From NCBI GenBank assembly GCA_049999805.1, contig JBNGIO010006293.1, positions 1 through 50,746 of the forward strand: DNA of 50,746 nt, given 5' to 3'. Numbering within the stretch: the first letter of the stretch is position 1; each line of letters opens with the position of its first letter. Of this stretch, positions 1 through 10,413 are shown one piece after another. Origin of the DNA: Folioceros fuciformis (Eukaryota). Under the pieces are notes generated by a model, which worked only from the letters and a program-made list of their open reading frames with translations, did no database searches and was not told the origin of the DNA. A program made the position numbers and the translations under genes.

Positions 1-822
1 GATCTATGAAGTAACACCCCTTCAGCGGGGTGGGGCAGAACCACGCAGTCAAAAGCAAAGGCAAGGGTCAACCACGCAGTCAAAAGCAAAGGCCAGGGTC
101 AACCACGCATTCAAAAGCAAAGGCAAGGGTTAGTTATTAAACACCGGACACAGCACTAGGCCTCCAAGTAGCCCGCACTCCTCTTCTAGGAGGACTCGCA
201 GCCAGCACCTTGCTGCTGCTCTTTATTCAAATCACGAGTCAACAAGAACATATAGAGCTGGAGGGCTAGAGAGAACTCCCCATCTTTGCCTAAGCTAGGA
301 GTTTAGCTCTCCCTTCTCTNNNNNNNNNNCATCTTTGCCTAAGCTAGGAGTTTAGCTCTCCCTTCTCTTGACCTCCTCCCACAGCTCCTTCATGGCACCT
401 TTCATGTGCTCTCACAGCCCAAGCAACACATGCTCTCAAGGCATTGCCGCATTGCCCAAGCACCTAGTGCTCTCAAGGCTTTGAGGAAATACTGATCTCA
501 ACTCCACTGTACTGAACTTGCCTTAGCCCTTGGCTAGGTCCCCTTTTATACACAAGCTCAAGTTACTAACTTAACAACTACTTACTTAAGCCTTAAGTTA
601 TTATTCACTACCACACACTTTTTCTCAGGGCTGCATGCTTCTCATGCTCTTAGTAACCTGCTTTGCTAAACATGCCTCTTCATGGAGCTTACTTGCTTGG
701 CACTCAAACCAGCCTTGTTACTTATGAAGTATTTTAACATTCTTCAGTTCTTAATATAAATATAATATATATTAAAGATACATTTTTTAAGTGCATAAGT
801 AGAAAATTAATTTTCCCTTACA
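1..822 (-). mobile_element. LTR of an LTR retrotransposon (partial, runs off the window start)
   Basis: On the minus strand it begins TGTAAGGGAAAA at 822, has TATAAAAGGGG at ~540-550 and AATAAA at ~222-227, in the expected U3-R-U5 order. It has no ORF and contains a 10-N gap at 320-329. Confidence 0.55.
39..130. repeat. 31-bp tandem repeat, 3 copies
   Basis: Unit AACCACGCAGTCAAAAGCAAAGGCAAGGGTC at 39, 70 and 101. Confidence 0.9.
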
Positions 823-992
823 TTTTGTTTTTCAAAAACTAGGTGCCGGTTTTTCCACTTCAGTTGGAAGGCTCAAACGGATTTGTTTTTGAAAAATGCC
901 CCTTTTCTTCCAAGGTTTGGGGGCAAAGTTGTTAAGAAAAAGGCTTTGCAGAGGTCTGATTGGGGATGATGCAGAGTTCAGGGAGCAGGGGG

Positions 993-3900
993 ATGGACTT
1001 CTCAGCGCGCAAGCGAGCCGTCCTGGAGGCGCTGACTGTTCAAGAGCACGACAAGTCGAGGAAGGGAGGCGTCGACGCTCCCATAGTGCACCTCATTGCT
1101 TGCCTCAACAGTCATCCCTGCTTCTTCACCACCAGTTCCTGCTCCGGCCGGATTGTGCTCTTCCTGGATGCTGAGCCCAGCACGAAGAATAAGACGAAGA
1201 AGGGCGGGGATTGGATTTTTGTGAGCCATCAGCCTGCACATGTGCACCAGGTGGTAGCCGCTCTCCAGGACCTGTACCTTCAAGCCGGGAAGCAGGGCTT
1301 GCTGGTGTTCAAGTTCGAGCCTTTCATTCTCGCCTTGGAGTGTAGCTCCGCCTCCGCTGCTCAGCGACTGGTGGCCTGTAGTGTCGCTGCTGGATTTCGA
1401 GAGTCTGGTATCACCAGCTTGGGGAGACGGGTAATAGTGGCTGTGCGCTGCTCGATACGCCTGGAAGTTCCTGTGGCCGACGCAGGACGACTGCTTGTTT
1501 CTGAGGATTACCTCGAGCTGCTCACTGGTTTGGCCAATGAGAAGATGGCCGTGAATCGTGCCAGGACAGATAAGTTCCTGCGCATGTTTGTGGACCAGGT
1601 GAGGTGCCGGGTCTTGTTCATCGAGGTCGTGGTTACAAGTCCAGTTGCCAGTGTGGGCTCCAGTCGGTTCTTGTCTTTGTCAGTGATGTTACTTAGTGAA
1701 CTTTGCGTAGGTTGAAGGTGGTGTGATGACTTCGGAGAGAGAGAATTTTGGCGAGGAACATGTCCCTCTCGAGGGGAGCGAGGAGGTAATTAGGGGTTCG
1801 GGCTGCACAGGAAGTGGAGGAGAACAAGGTATTTGTAGCGATGCCCACGATGGCGGCGTTGGGGAGGAAGACGTTCCTGTCACTGGGAAGGAGCTGGAGG
1901 TGCGGGAAAGGAGTCTTTGCCAGCTGAAAAACAGGCAGATCAGGCTCCTGTCTCGTTTACGTGTCTTTGAGACAAAGCTCGCAACTTCAGGCTTTGCCCC
2001 TAGGGATGGTCGAGGCAGTCACTCAGCTGAAAATGAACTCGCAATCACAGGTCAGCAGACTCACCATCACACGACGATACTGAGTAGTAGCCCATCACTA
2101 TGTGAGCCTTTGAAATTCGATTTCCTTGGGCACGGGAGTGAGATCTCTGTGGTTCACGGGAGTCGCGGTGGCTCAGCTGCAAGCAAGGAAACTGCGCCTG
2201 CTGCCGTGCTTGCCGACGCTGGTATGTTGTACGTCTCTGGCTGGTTATCTTCGTGCGTCCTGCACATGCTCTTTCTCTTTTCTTTAGCAATGCACCTGTG
2301 GAAGGGATTATTCAGACTGTGCGACTCACAGGGGTGGGCCGAACTGATGGTTGCAGTTTACTAGCAGCCCCTCTGGTTGTCTCAGGAGAGAATGTTGTCA
2401 ATCTGCAGAGGTGGAGCCACTCGGCTTGCACCGTTTTCACCCCACAGGACAGCGATCGGGTCTCCTTGATCATTTTTGGAGGCTATGGAGGTCCTGGCCG
2501 CCATGCTCGTCAAAATGACTTGTTGCTTTTTGATGTCAACAGTGCCACTCTACAGAATCTGCAAGCAAATGACAATGCAGCACCCTCCGCACGTCAAGGT
2601 CACACATCTGTGGTTATCGGTGACAAGATGATAGTGATTGGCGGCAGAGAGGGGCCTCAAAAACCTCTTGGCGATCTGTCCATGTTCAGCTTGACAGATA
2701 AGCGCTGGAGATCCATTGTGACCACCGGAGCCACCTTCCCTCCAAGGTTGGTTGGAATTTTCATCCTGTCGCTTTGCTTTGCAATGGAGTTGGTTCTCTG
2801 TTTGTGCATCAAGAGAAGCCATTGAACTTGGTAGGTCTGCTTCTAAACAGAATCCACTGCGGTTAAGTTGGCCCTGTTTTGCAGACATCGGCATGCGGCT
2901 GTTGCCATAGCGTCCAACATCTTTGTGTTTGGAGGGTTAAGTGAAACCAAAGTCTACGACGACCTTCATGTACTGGAGACTAGAATCATGCACTGGAGAA
3001 AGCTGCTATGCAAGGGGCAGGTACCGTGCGCACGTTTCGCACATTCATTAGCCTGTATTGGACAAAATGTCTATCTCTTTGGTGGACGTGACCAGACCAA
3101 AATCTATGGGGAGCTTTTTGCCCTGGACGTCGGAACGCTATGTTGGAATAGGGTGGAGACCACAGGGAACCTCCCTGTGCCAAGGTTTTCTCATTCTATG
3201 ACCGCTTGTGGTGAAAACCTTATTATCATGGGAGGCTGTCCAATCACTAAGACATCTGAGCACATTTTTGTGCTCCATGTGAAGCTCCTGTGTTGGAGAC
3301 GGGTGGATTTTTCTCCACCTGTTAGTTTCTTTCCTGTTCGACACTCGGTGTGTGCTGTTGGGAACAAACTCTTTGTGATCGGAGGTGGGGCAGCATGTTT
3401 TGCGTTTGGAGCTGCCTTCAATTCTCCATTTCTTCTTGATGTGGAGGGCGTTTTGCCCAGTCAAAGGGATGGTCTTGAAGAAACAGCTGGCGCAGAGGAG
3501 GAGCTCAGGAACACAAACTTGTCCACAGAGTCAAGTCAAACTCATCATGCATCAGACAACTGCTGCCAGTCTGCTCCTGCCTCGTTCACTGTGGAGGTGA
3601 GCCATGAGCTTTCTGGCAGCAGGCGCTTAGCTGGGATGAGAGCTGCCAATTTGTGTGCATTGCCAGACCTTGCAGTTAGTGAGGATGAGCATGAGCACTG
3701 GGTTCTTGTGTTTGCAAGGGATAAGGCCAAGCAGGGAAAGGATTCGCTGAAGACTCTTGGATGGCTGGATCTCCAAAGCAAAACCAAGGTTCTTGGCCAA
3801 GGAGAACACATAGCTTTCCCAATAACAGCTGTTGCTGTAGATCACTTTCGAAGCCTCGAATGTGTGGAAAGTTTATCATCAGTCTCCGAAAGCTTAGCAG

Positions 3901-5518
3901 CCTTACTGCCTTACTACCAACAACACAGCTTGACCCTCTCAACTTTGGCCAGTTTGAGAGGTACCATCTCAAGAGCATCACTACCAAGGGAGACTCGGAG
4001 GCTTAACTCTGCACAAAGTTCTCTAAGAGTGGAAGTTGGGGCCTTGCTCAGGAAGCGAGACCTTCCCGTATGTCTGCTTTCAGAGTTGCCTCGGAGGTAT
4101 GCTTCGCCCACTTGTAAGAACCTCGTGTGCAGTGCATGCTTCAATTTTTTTTTACACATTGGTTGGTGTCAAGCAGATGGGAACGCCTTGGTGACATGGT
4201 GGTGCTTCCATCACTGTCTTTCTCGAATGACCTCTGGCTCACCTTTGGTGATGACTTGTGGAAATCGGTGGCTAAAGCTCTTGGAGTCAGTCGGCTCGCC
4301 CGTCAGGTGACCATCTCCCCCATGGACCACCTGTGCAATAAAGAATGTAGGCGAAGGCTGTTGCAGGCCTTGTGATGTTCTCTTAGTTTTCTTAGTCTCT
4401 GCAGGCCTGTATCGCTTCCACAGCCACCAGGGATAGCCAGCTACAGCTTCTGCTAGGCAGTGATGGATGGGTAGAGCACCGTGAGAATGGGATCCTGTAT
4501 TGTTTCGATGCCACCAAGTGCATGTTCTCCTCTGGAAACGTGTCCGAAAAGCTACGAGTTGCGAGCATGAACTGCCATGACGAAGTATTGGTGGACTTGT
4601 TTGCTGGAATCGGATACTTCGTCTTGCCTTTCTTGATGAAGTGAGTTCGCCTCTTCATTCTCGCTACATTTGTCCGTTGGGGGCCGATAGTTTGCATTTT
4701 TATGCGGATTGATTTGGAATTCAAAGCACTCGTTCCTTCGGGTATGTTACCAGAGCAGGTGCAAGACATGCGTACGCGTGTGAGTGGAATCCTCATGCAC
4801 TGCGTGCACTTCGCTATAACATCAAGGTTAACTCAGTGGAGGACCGTTGTACTGTAATCGAGGGGGACAGTCGCATTACGGCACCAGAGGTATTTGGAAT
4901 TTTTGCTGTCATGCCTGAAGCAAGGTTGTGTCAAGTGGAAACGGAAACTGAAATGCAAGCTCAATTTAAGACTTTTGGACTCGAGTGGCCGTCTTTTTCC
5001 AGAGAATTGCAGACAGGGTGTGCCTAGGACTCCTACCGACCAGTGAGGACAGTTGGAGCATCGCTGTGAAAGCTCTTAAGTTAGTCCACTACCATGTACA
5101 TTATCTGCATGTCTGTGCCTGACGCAGATCAGGGATGAGGTACAGAAGACTGACCTGGCCTGGTCCCGTCGGTGTTGCAAATCGTCATGGGTTCTGCAGG
5201 TATAAAGGTGGCACACTGCATATCCACGAGAATGTCAAGGACACCGCTGAAGGAGAGTGGATTGATTATCTTCTCCAGTCCTTGAGGAATCTTGCGTCCA
5301 GTCAAGGTTTGTTTTGCACACATTGCGAGCTCTTGATAGGCGGCATGGCAGTGTAGGGAGCCTACAATCTCTCTTCACTGATATCGCCTGACCCGTCTGA
5401 TGAATCAGGACTTGACTGGCAGATCTCAGTGTCCCATGTGGAAAGAGTTAAATGGTATGCTCCACACATTCGCCATGTCGTAGTAGACGTGGAATGCAGC
5501 TCTGCTGCCAATGCATAA
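993..5518 (+). CDS. TYW2/3/4: tRNA wybutosine-synthesizing protein 2/3/4 fusion (TYW3 methyltransferase - Kelch repeats - TYW2/Met10-like aminocarboxypropyltransferase), 10 exons, ~1179 aa
   Basis: TYW3 motifs DKSRKGGVD and FTTSSCSGRI; Kelch repeats (RWSHSA, FGGYGGPGRHAR, RFAHS, FGGR); TYW2 motifs WERLGD, ENGILYCFDATKCMFSSGNVSEK, VDLFAGIGYF, CEWNP, ADRVCLGLLPTSE, VKWYAPH. Inferred GT-AG exons 993-1598, 1711-2221, 2332-2746, 2885-4096, 4177-4306, 4405-4640, 4754-4889, 5003-5079, 5200-5306, 5409-5518 join in frame (3540 nt). In-frame ATGs at 966/969 are alternative starts. Confidence 0.95.
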
Positions 5519-5676
5519 CAACTCCATCCCCCCAAAATACAGGGGTGTGTCACGAATTGGCTGTGTAATTTTCAAGTCTCAGGACAAACGATCCATGCTC
5601 CTGCCTTTCCTGGCTATCAAATTGTAAAACGCCCAAAACCACAAAGTCGTCTCTCTCTAGCCAGTTATCACAATCG

Positions 5677-6630
5677 ATGGAGTGGAAAAGGCCAGCGTTG
5701 TTGTTTGCGTCCATTGCAACTGCAGGAACCCTTGCGTACGCGTGCTATAGAAAGTTCATGGATCCGACTCCGGTATGCGCATCCTGATTTTTATTTTGTG
5801 GGTTCCACGATCTGTGTATCGAGCTGCTCATGGTCTGCATCCTACAGAGACCTTCAACAGTTATAAGGATCGATGGCAAGAAAGAGGTCGCGTTCAATCT
5901 GGACACAGCTCATCGCGATTGGCTGCAGGAGATGACTGACAAATATGAGCTGCCTACGCTAGGTGATGTTTCAGCCTCTGATGCCTCGCCCACCCTAAGG
6001 GCTTCCTTGCATTACGCTGTCCGGGTCCCGGGTGCTGAAATCCTTGTGGTTTGCCGCAGGCAAGGCTCTGCGAATCGTCATCCTGTACGCCAAGCAACAG
6101 GGAAACGACCTGGACATATTTGAGAAGGTTGGTGCTGTCTCCTCCTCGATTAATTGGGACATCCCCTTCTGAAACTGGTAATGCATCGTGTGCAGGTCTC
6201 AGGAAAGGGTGGGAAGGATGGCGTGAAGAAGCTGGTGGAGGAACTCATCTTGCTGGATCAGGAGGTGAGCGGACAGGACCTGGCTCTTTTGACATGAAAT
6301 CACATCGGCTTCTGGTTCTCAATTCGTTGTTTGGGGTTGCTGGCACTTGCCTATGTCTATTCCGCAGCACGATACTTATCTGGAGCAAGCAGTGGCCGTC
6401 CACAAGCTGGCTGACAAGAACGAGGTGTGTCAAACCTAGAAGTTCTTCGGCAGATAACCTCGCTCGAGGGAGGAGCTTCCTTCCACCTTCCGGATGCAGC
6501 TGACAAACAGATGCCGTGTTCGCAGGCTGTTGGCAGAATCCTGGAGCACGCCATTTCCAGAAACGACAACGATACCATCTTCGGCATCCAGAGGTGCAAG
6601 CATGCATCCACTTGCGCTTGCGCACAGTGA
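5677..6630 (+). CDS. Uncharacterised 169-aa protein: N-terminal signal-anchor plus two tandem ribbon-helix-helix-like repeats and a Cys-rich tail, 6 exons
   Basis: Exons 5677-5772, 5848-5962, 6060-6127, 6196-6264, 6368-6424, 6526-6630 all have GT-AG junctions and join in frame (510 nt): MEWKRPALLFASIATAGTLAYACYRKFMDPTPRPSTVIRIDGKKEVAFNLDTAHRDWLQEMTDKYELPTLGKALRIVILYAKQQGNDLDIFEKVSGKGGKDGVKKLVEELILLDQEHDTYLEQAVAVHKLADKNEAVGRILEHAISRNDNDTIFGIQRCKHASTCACAQ*. Confidence 0.8.
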
Positions 6631-7320
6631 ATTCTCTGCTCAGGTTCGGCAAATCTGCGAAGCTTGCCGGACTGTATGAATCCTGCTGCACGGAAGAGTA
6701 CATCCATACAGTACGTACGTACATTCGTAAGTCATGATAAGTCGCGTGGGCAGCGCCCCGTCTAGCACCACGTGCTTGTTGACAAGTAAGACATCTAGTC
6801 TGACAAGCATCTGCGTTCCCCTCGCTCTCTTTGAGGAATAGACCAAACAAATGTGCGGACACGACAGGTGTACAGAATCACGCAAAGGCAATGCAAAAAG
6901 ATCACACAAGTCTGCCCGACGAAGCTTGGGGAGAAGCTGCCATGCTCGATGGACCCGACCTTCATGAAGAGACCATCAGGTTTTGACTTGACTGACCTTC
7001 AAGCCCCCCTCTCTCTTGCCCTCACGATTCCTCTGGCACCGTGCAGGCAGCAGCCACAGCCTTGCGGCCTTATAAAGAAGCAGCGGACGAGAAACAGAGT
7101 AGCAGCGATTCAGCCCACACGTTCGCAGCCTCCACCGTTCACCAGCTCTCGCCTCGTCTAACGGTCTGCAGTCCTCCATCGCGTCCATCCGGACTCGCAG
7201 ACTCCACCCATCACCCACAGACTATCATCCTGCTGCTCATCGTCCGCGCCCCCGCCCACAGCGCGCCCCACTTCGCTTCGCTTCGCCCGCCGTTTTCCAT
7301 TCCACCTTGTCGCATTATCC

Positions 7321-8790
7321 ATGGCAACAGCTTTGGCATCCAGGTGCGGAGCAAGGTCTCTCATCGACGCGGTCGCCAGCACGTCAGGGCCAGACAATTT
7401 CAGCAGCGGCGCTCTCCGTGGGGGACTCTCCTGCAAGAGGCCATCCACCCTCTTCACCGTCAAGCTCCGCCGTCAGCTTCCTCCAGGTCGGTGACTCACC
7501 AGCAATTACTCCTCTCCCCTGCAGTTCCTGCCTGCTGGGTCCTCTCCTAACACGCTATGCCGCACCAAATGACCATCTTGTCTGCTTTCTGTTGCTGCTG
7601 CAGGTGTTGTGCTCTGCCAAACTTCCTCCCCCGGTAAGTCCCCCAGTAAGAACCAAACGTGGCAAGTCCTAGAGAACGCGTATCTCTCGAGTCCCGGCAG
7701 CGCCACCTCGACCCCGATCCTCCCCGCATCCTCCAACCCCGTAGTGCAGTATAAGGGATGGCTTCTCCGAGACGGCAGCCCCAACCACCGGGTGGTGGCC
7801 AAACTCCACAACCTGGCCGCCATGGCAGCCGACCGCGCCGAGATGCATGCCGTTCTGGCTGTGCAGAGGGATAACTGGAACCATCTTTTCAACGTCACCC
7901 TGGGCCTGGCCACTGTCTCCGCAGCCTCTCTGTCCGCCGTCCAAGGCGCCCTGCACGCCCCGAGCATCGCCCTCACTTCTTTCCTCCTCAACGCCGGGGC
8001 GTCCGCGGTCATGGCCGGAATCAACTTCCTCCAGCCCGCTCAACTAGCGGAGGAGCAGCGCACGGCAGCCAGATTCTTCCGCAACCTGGAGAAGGAGATT
8101 CAGGGCACCCTCCGCGTGGACCCCCGTCTGCGAGAGGAAGCAACCTCATACCTGAACGAAAAAATCTCCCGGCTCCACGCTCTTGACAAGGCGTTCCCGC
8201 TCCCACTCCTCCCTGTGGTGCTTCCCAAGTTCCCATCTAAGCTCGAACCCTCAGCGTTGGCTGGCCCTGTCGACACCAGCCTGCCAGAGATCCCGGTGTC
8301 GGAAGCCCTAACCCTAAACGGTTGGACTCCGGCTATTGCCAAGGATCTGAAGCTGTTGTCTAAGCAACTCCAAAATGGGGACGTGCAGGAGTACTTGGAT
8401 CTGATGGAGGAGTACATCGGCTACAATAAGGTGCTGGCTGTGGCTAGTCCAGCTCTGGCTGCCTTAGCCGCAGCTGCCAGCCTCGCCTCGGGAGTGGAAT
8501 CGGAGCAGCAGATGGTGCTGGCTTGCTCAGCTGCCGGGCTCAGCGTCCTGGCCGCATTCGCACACAGCTTCACCAACTGCTTCCAGCTGGGTATGGTGTT
8601 CGAAATGTACCGAAACTGCGCGGGATTCTACTCAGCCATGGACGATAACATCCAGCGATGTCTCCACCTCCCCATCAACATGCGCGAGGACGGCGAGCTC
8701 CTGCACCAGAAGATCGCGTTTCAGCTTGGCAGGCCCGATCACAGCCCCATCGCCCCCGTGGCCGACAGACGGGCCGGGACTTTGTTCTAG
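7321..8790 (+). CDS. Plastid-targeted 'probable F-box protein At4g22030' / petal-formation-expressed (PIG93, Chloroplast_duf) family protein, 2 exons, ~450 aa
   Basis: Exons 7321-7486 and 7604-8790 join in frame. The Ser/Ala/Arg-rich N-terminus (MATALASRCGARS...) resembles a transit peptide. Family motifs AADRAEMH..QRDNWNHL, QPAQLAEEQR.A.R.F, LDKAFPLPLL, KFP, NGW, QLGMVFEMYRNCAGFY, REDGEL and C-terminal AGTLF are present. Confidence 0.88.
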
Positions 8791-9099
8791 AGGGGCCCCG
8801 TTTTCCTTTCCGGTCGGATTCCTGGCCTTCTGTGTCGTGCCATGTCCGTCGAACTTGATTCAAACGAAAATTTTTCTGCTTCCCTGTCAACCGCTTATTC
8901 GCGATCTCGAGTTCCGGGTTCGCAGACCCATCGCAAGACGAATAGCTTCTGAATCCAGTCCAAATCACATGGCTAGGTTTATCCCGTCCCAAGGCCAGCA
9001 TTTGCTCTTCACGAGAGCATAAAAACATGGTTAAAAAAATGAGTAATAATATATCCCTGGGAGGAGGGTGCTGTCATATTCCACATTTGTTATCATATT

Positions 9100-10250
9100 C
9101 CATATTTATTATAGCTTATGTGTCTGCATTCGAAGCAACTTTGGAATCACCAAGGAAGTGCAAGAAGGAGTGGTGGTGGAAGTTCCCTAGCCAAATCACA
9201 TGGTGAAGAGAGATACACATGATAGCATGGCATGAGAATGGAGTTAAGATGCAAGACGCTCAATGGCATTTTTCTTATCCAATGTCATAACCTAACTTCT
9301 TGACTTTGATTGCTATAGTCCGCCTTTTCATGGTTAGGACATCCATTAGAGAACCATGGGAACACCATCGTGCAATTGCTATAGTTCTCCACTATCTTGC
9401 TAGGGGGTTGGCCCCTAGCATTGTTGCATATATGTATGGGGTAGGAGCTATGGCTAAGTGCACTATTATGGTTACAGAGGTATTAAGTAATCCAGATAAG
9501 AGATAAGTTATTTCTAGGTTGGTGCACTGGCCTTCAAGTATGGAGTTGGAGCAAACTACACATAAGTTCTTACAGCGCACAGGCCTTCCTTCCTAATATG
9601 GTTGGAGCTACAGATGGTTTGCACAAGCCTTCCTTCTTAATATGGTTGGAGCTATAGATGGTTCGCACATCAAGCTTCGTGTATAGCTCAACCAAGTAGA
9701 CAACCCAGTTATGGTGTTGTCATGATATTCATTCTATTGTATTATAGGGTATAAGGCATATGTGATGCTGATAAAAAATTCATTGATGTTTGTTGCACTC
9801 ATCTTGGTGGGGTTCATGATGCTCAAATTCTGGGGATAGTAGCATATGGGAAAAGATGAAGGTAGCATATGGGAAAAGATGAAGGCTGGTGTCATTTTAG
9901 CAGAACATTATATGCAAATCCAAGACATTGGAATAACTCCATACATTTTAGGGATGGTGCTTATCCATTGATGGCTTTTCTAATGAAGCCCTTTCATGTG
10001 TAGGAGGGGAGGATCTCTCTAAGAAATTAGTCAACCGTTCTTTGCGAAGAGGAAGAGTGAAGGTCGAGAATGCATTGCAGTTGCGTACGTAAAAACCTTA
10101 ATGTTTGTTTGAAGTATGCCCCGTAGGTTGTCATAGCTGGTTGTGCACTTCACAATTTTTGTATGGAGGTTGGGGAGTTTGAACCTCAACAATGCGATGA
10201 AGACCCTTTGTCACTTCATGAGCATCAATGTCATAATATATGGGAAGGTA
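9100..10250 (+). mobile_element. PIF/Harbinger DDE transposase relic (element 1)
   Basis: Frame-broken motifs MVGAIDGSHIKL (~9642-9678), ICDADKKFIDV..GGVHDAQIL (~9758-9830), PYILG/DGAYPL (~9940-9970) and RGRVKVENA (~10050-10075). Confidence 0.8.
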
Positions 10251-10413
10251 CTGGTGATCAAAGGATGCACAATATGGTTGTACTGAAAAGGAATGCATTA
10301 TTTGAGTATTAGAAAGGTGCATGCCAAAGAGATGCAGAGGATGCATAATAAGATGCATATGAGCTTAAAGTAGGACATGGTAGGCTAGTGCTCATGACAG
10401 TAGTGACAACATA

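Noticed and set aside
280-368. ~39-bp direct duplication flanking the 10-N gap
   Set aside because: Identical sequence on both sides of a scaffold gap is typical of an unmerged contig overlap, so it is an assembly artefact.
6245-6862. 205-aa minus-strand ORF and other antisense or overlapping ORFs across the genes
   Set aside because: They are shadows of GC-rich exons on the opposite strand, run through introns, and show no recognisable motifs.
993-8790. TYW + RHH-like + SLATT-like genes as an operon-like defence system
   Set aside because: All three are intron-containing eukaryotic genes, and TYW and the At4g22030-like family are ordinary plant genes. Adjacency alone does not show a shared pathway; only the tight spacing is kept as a finding.
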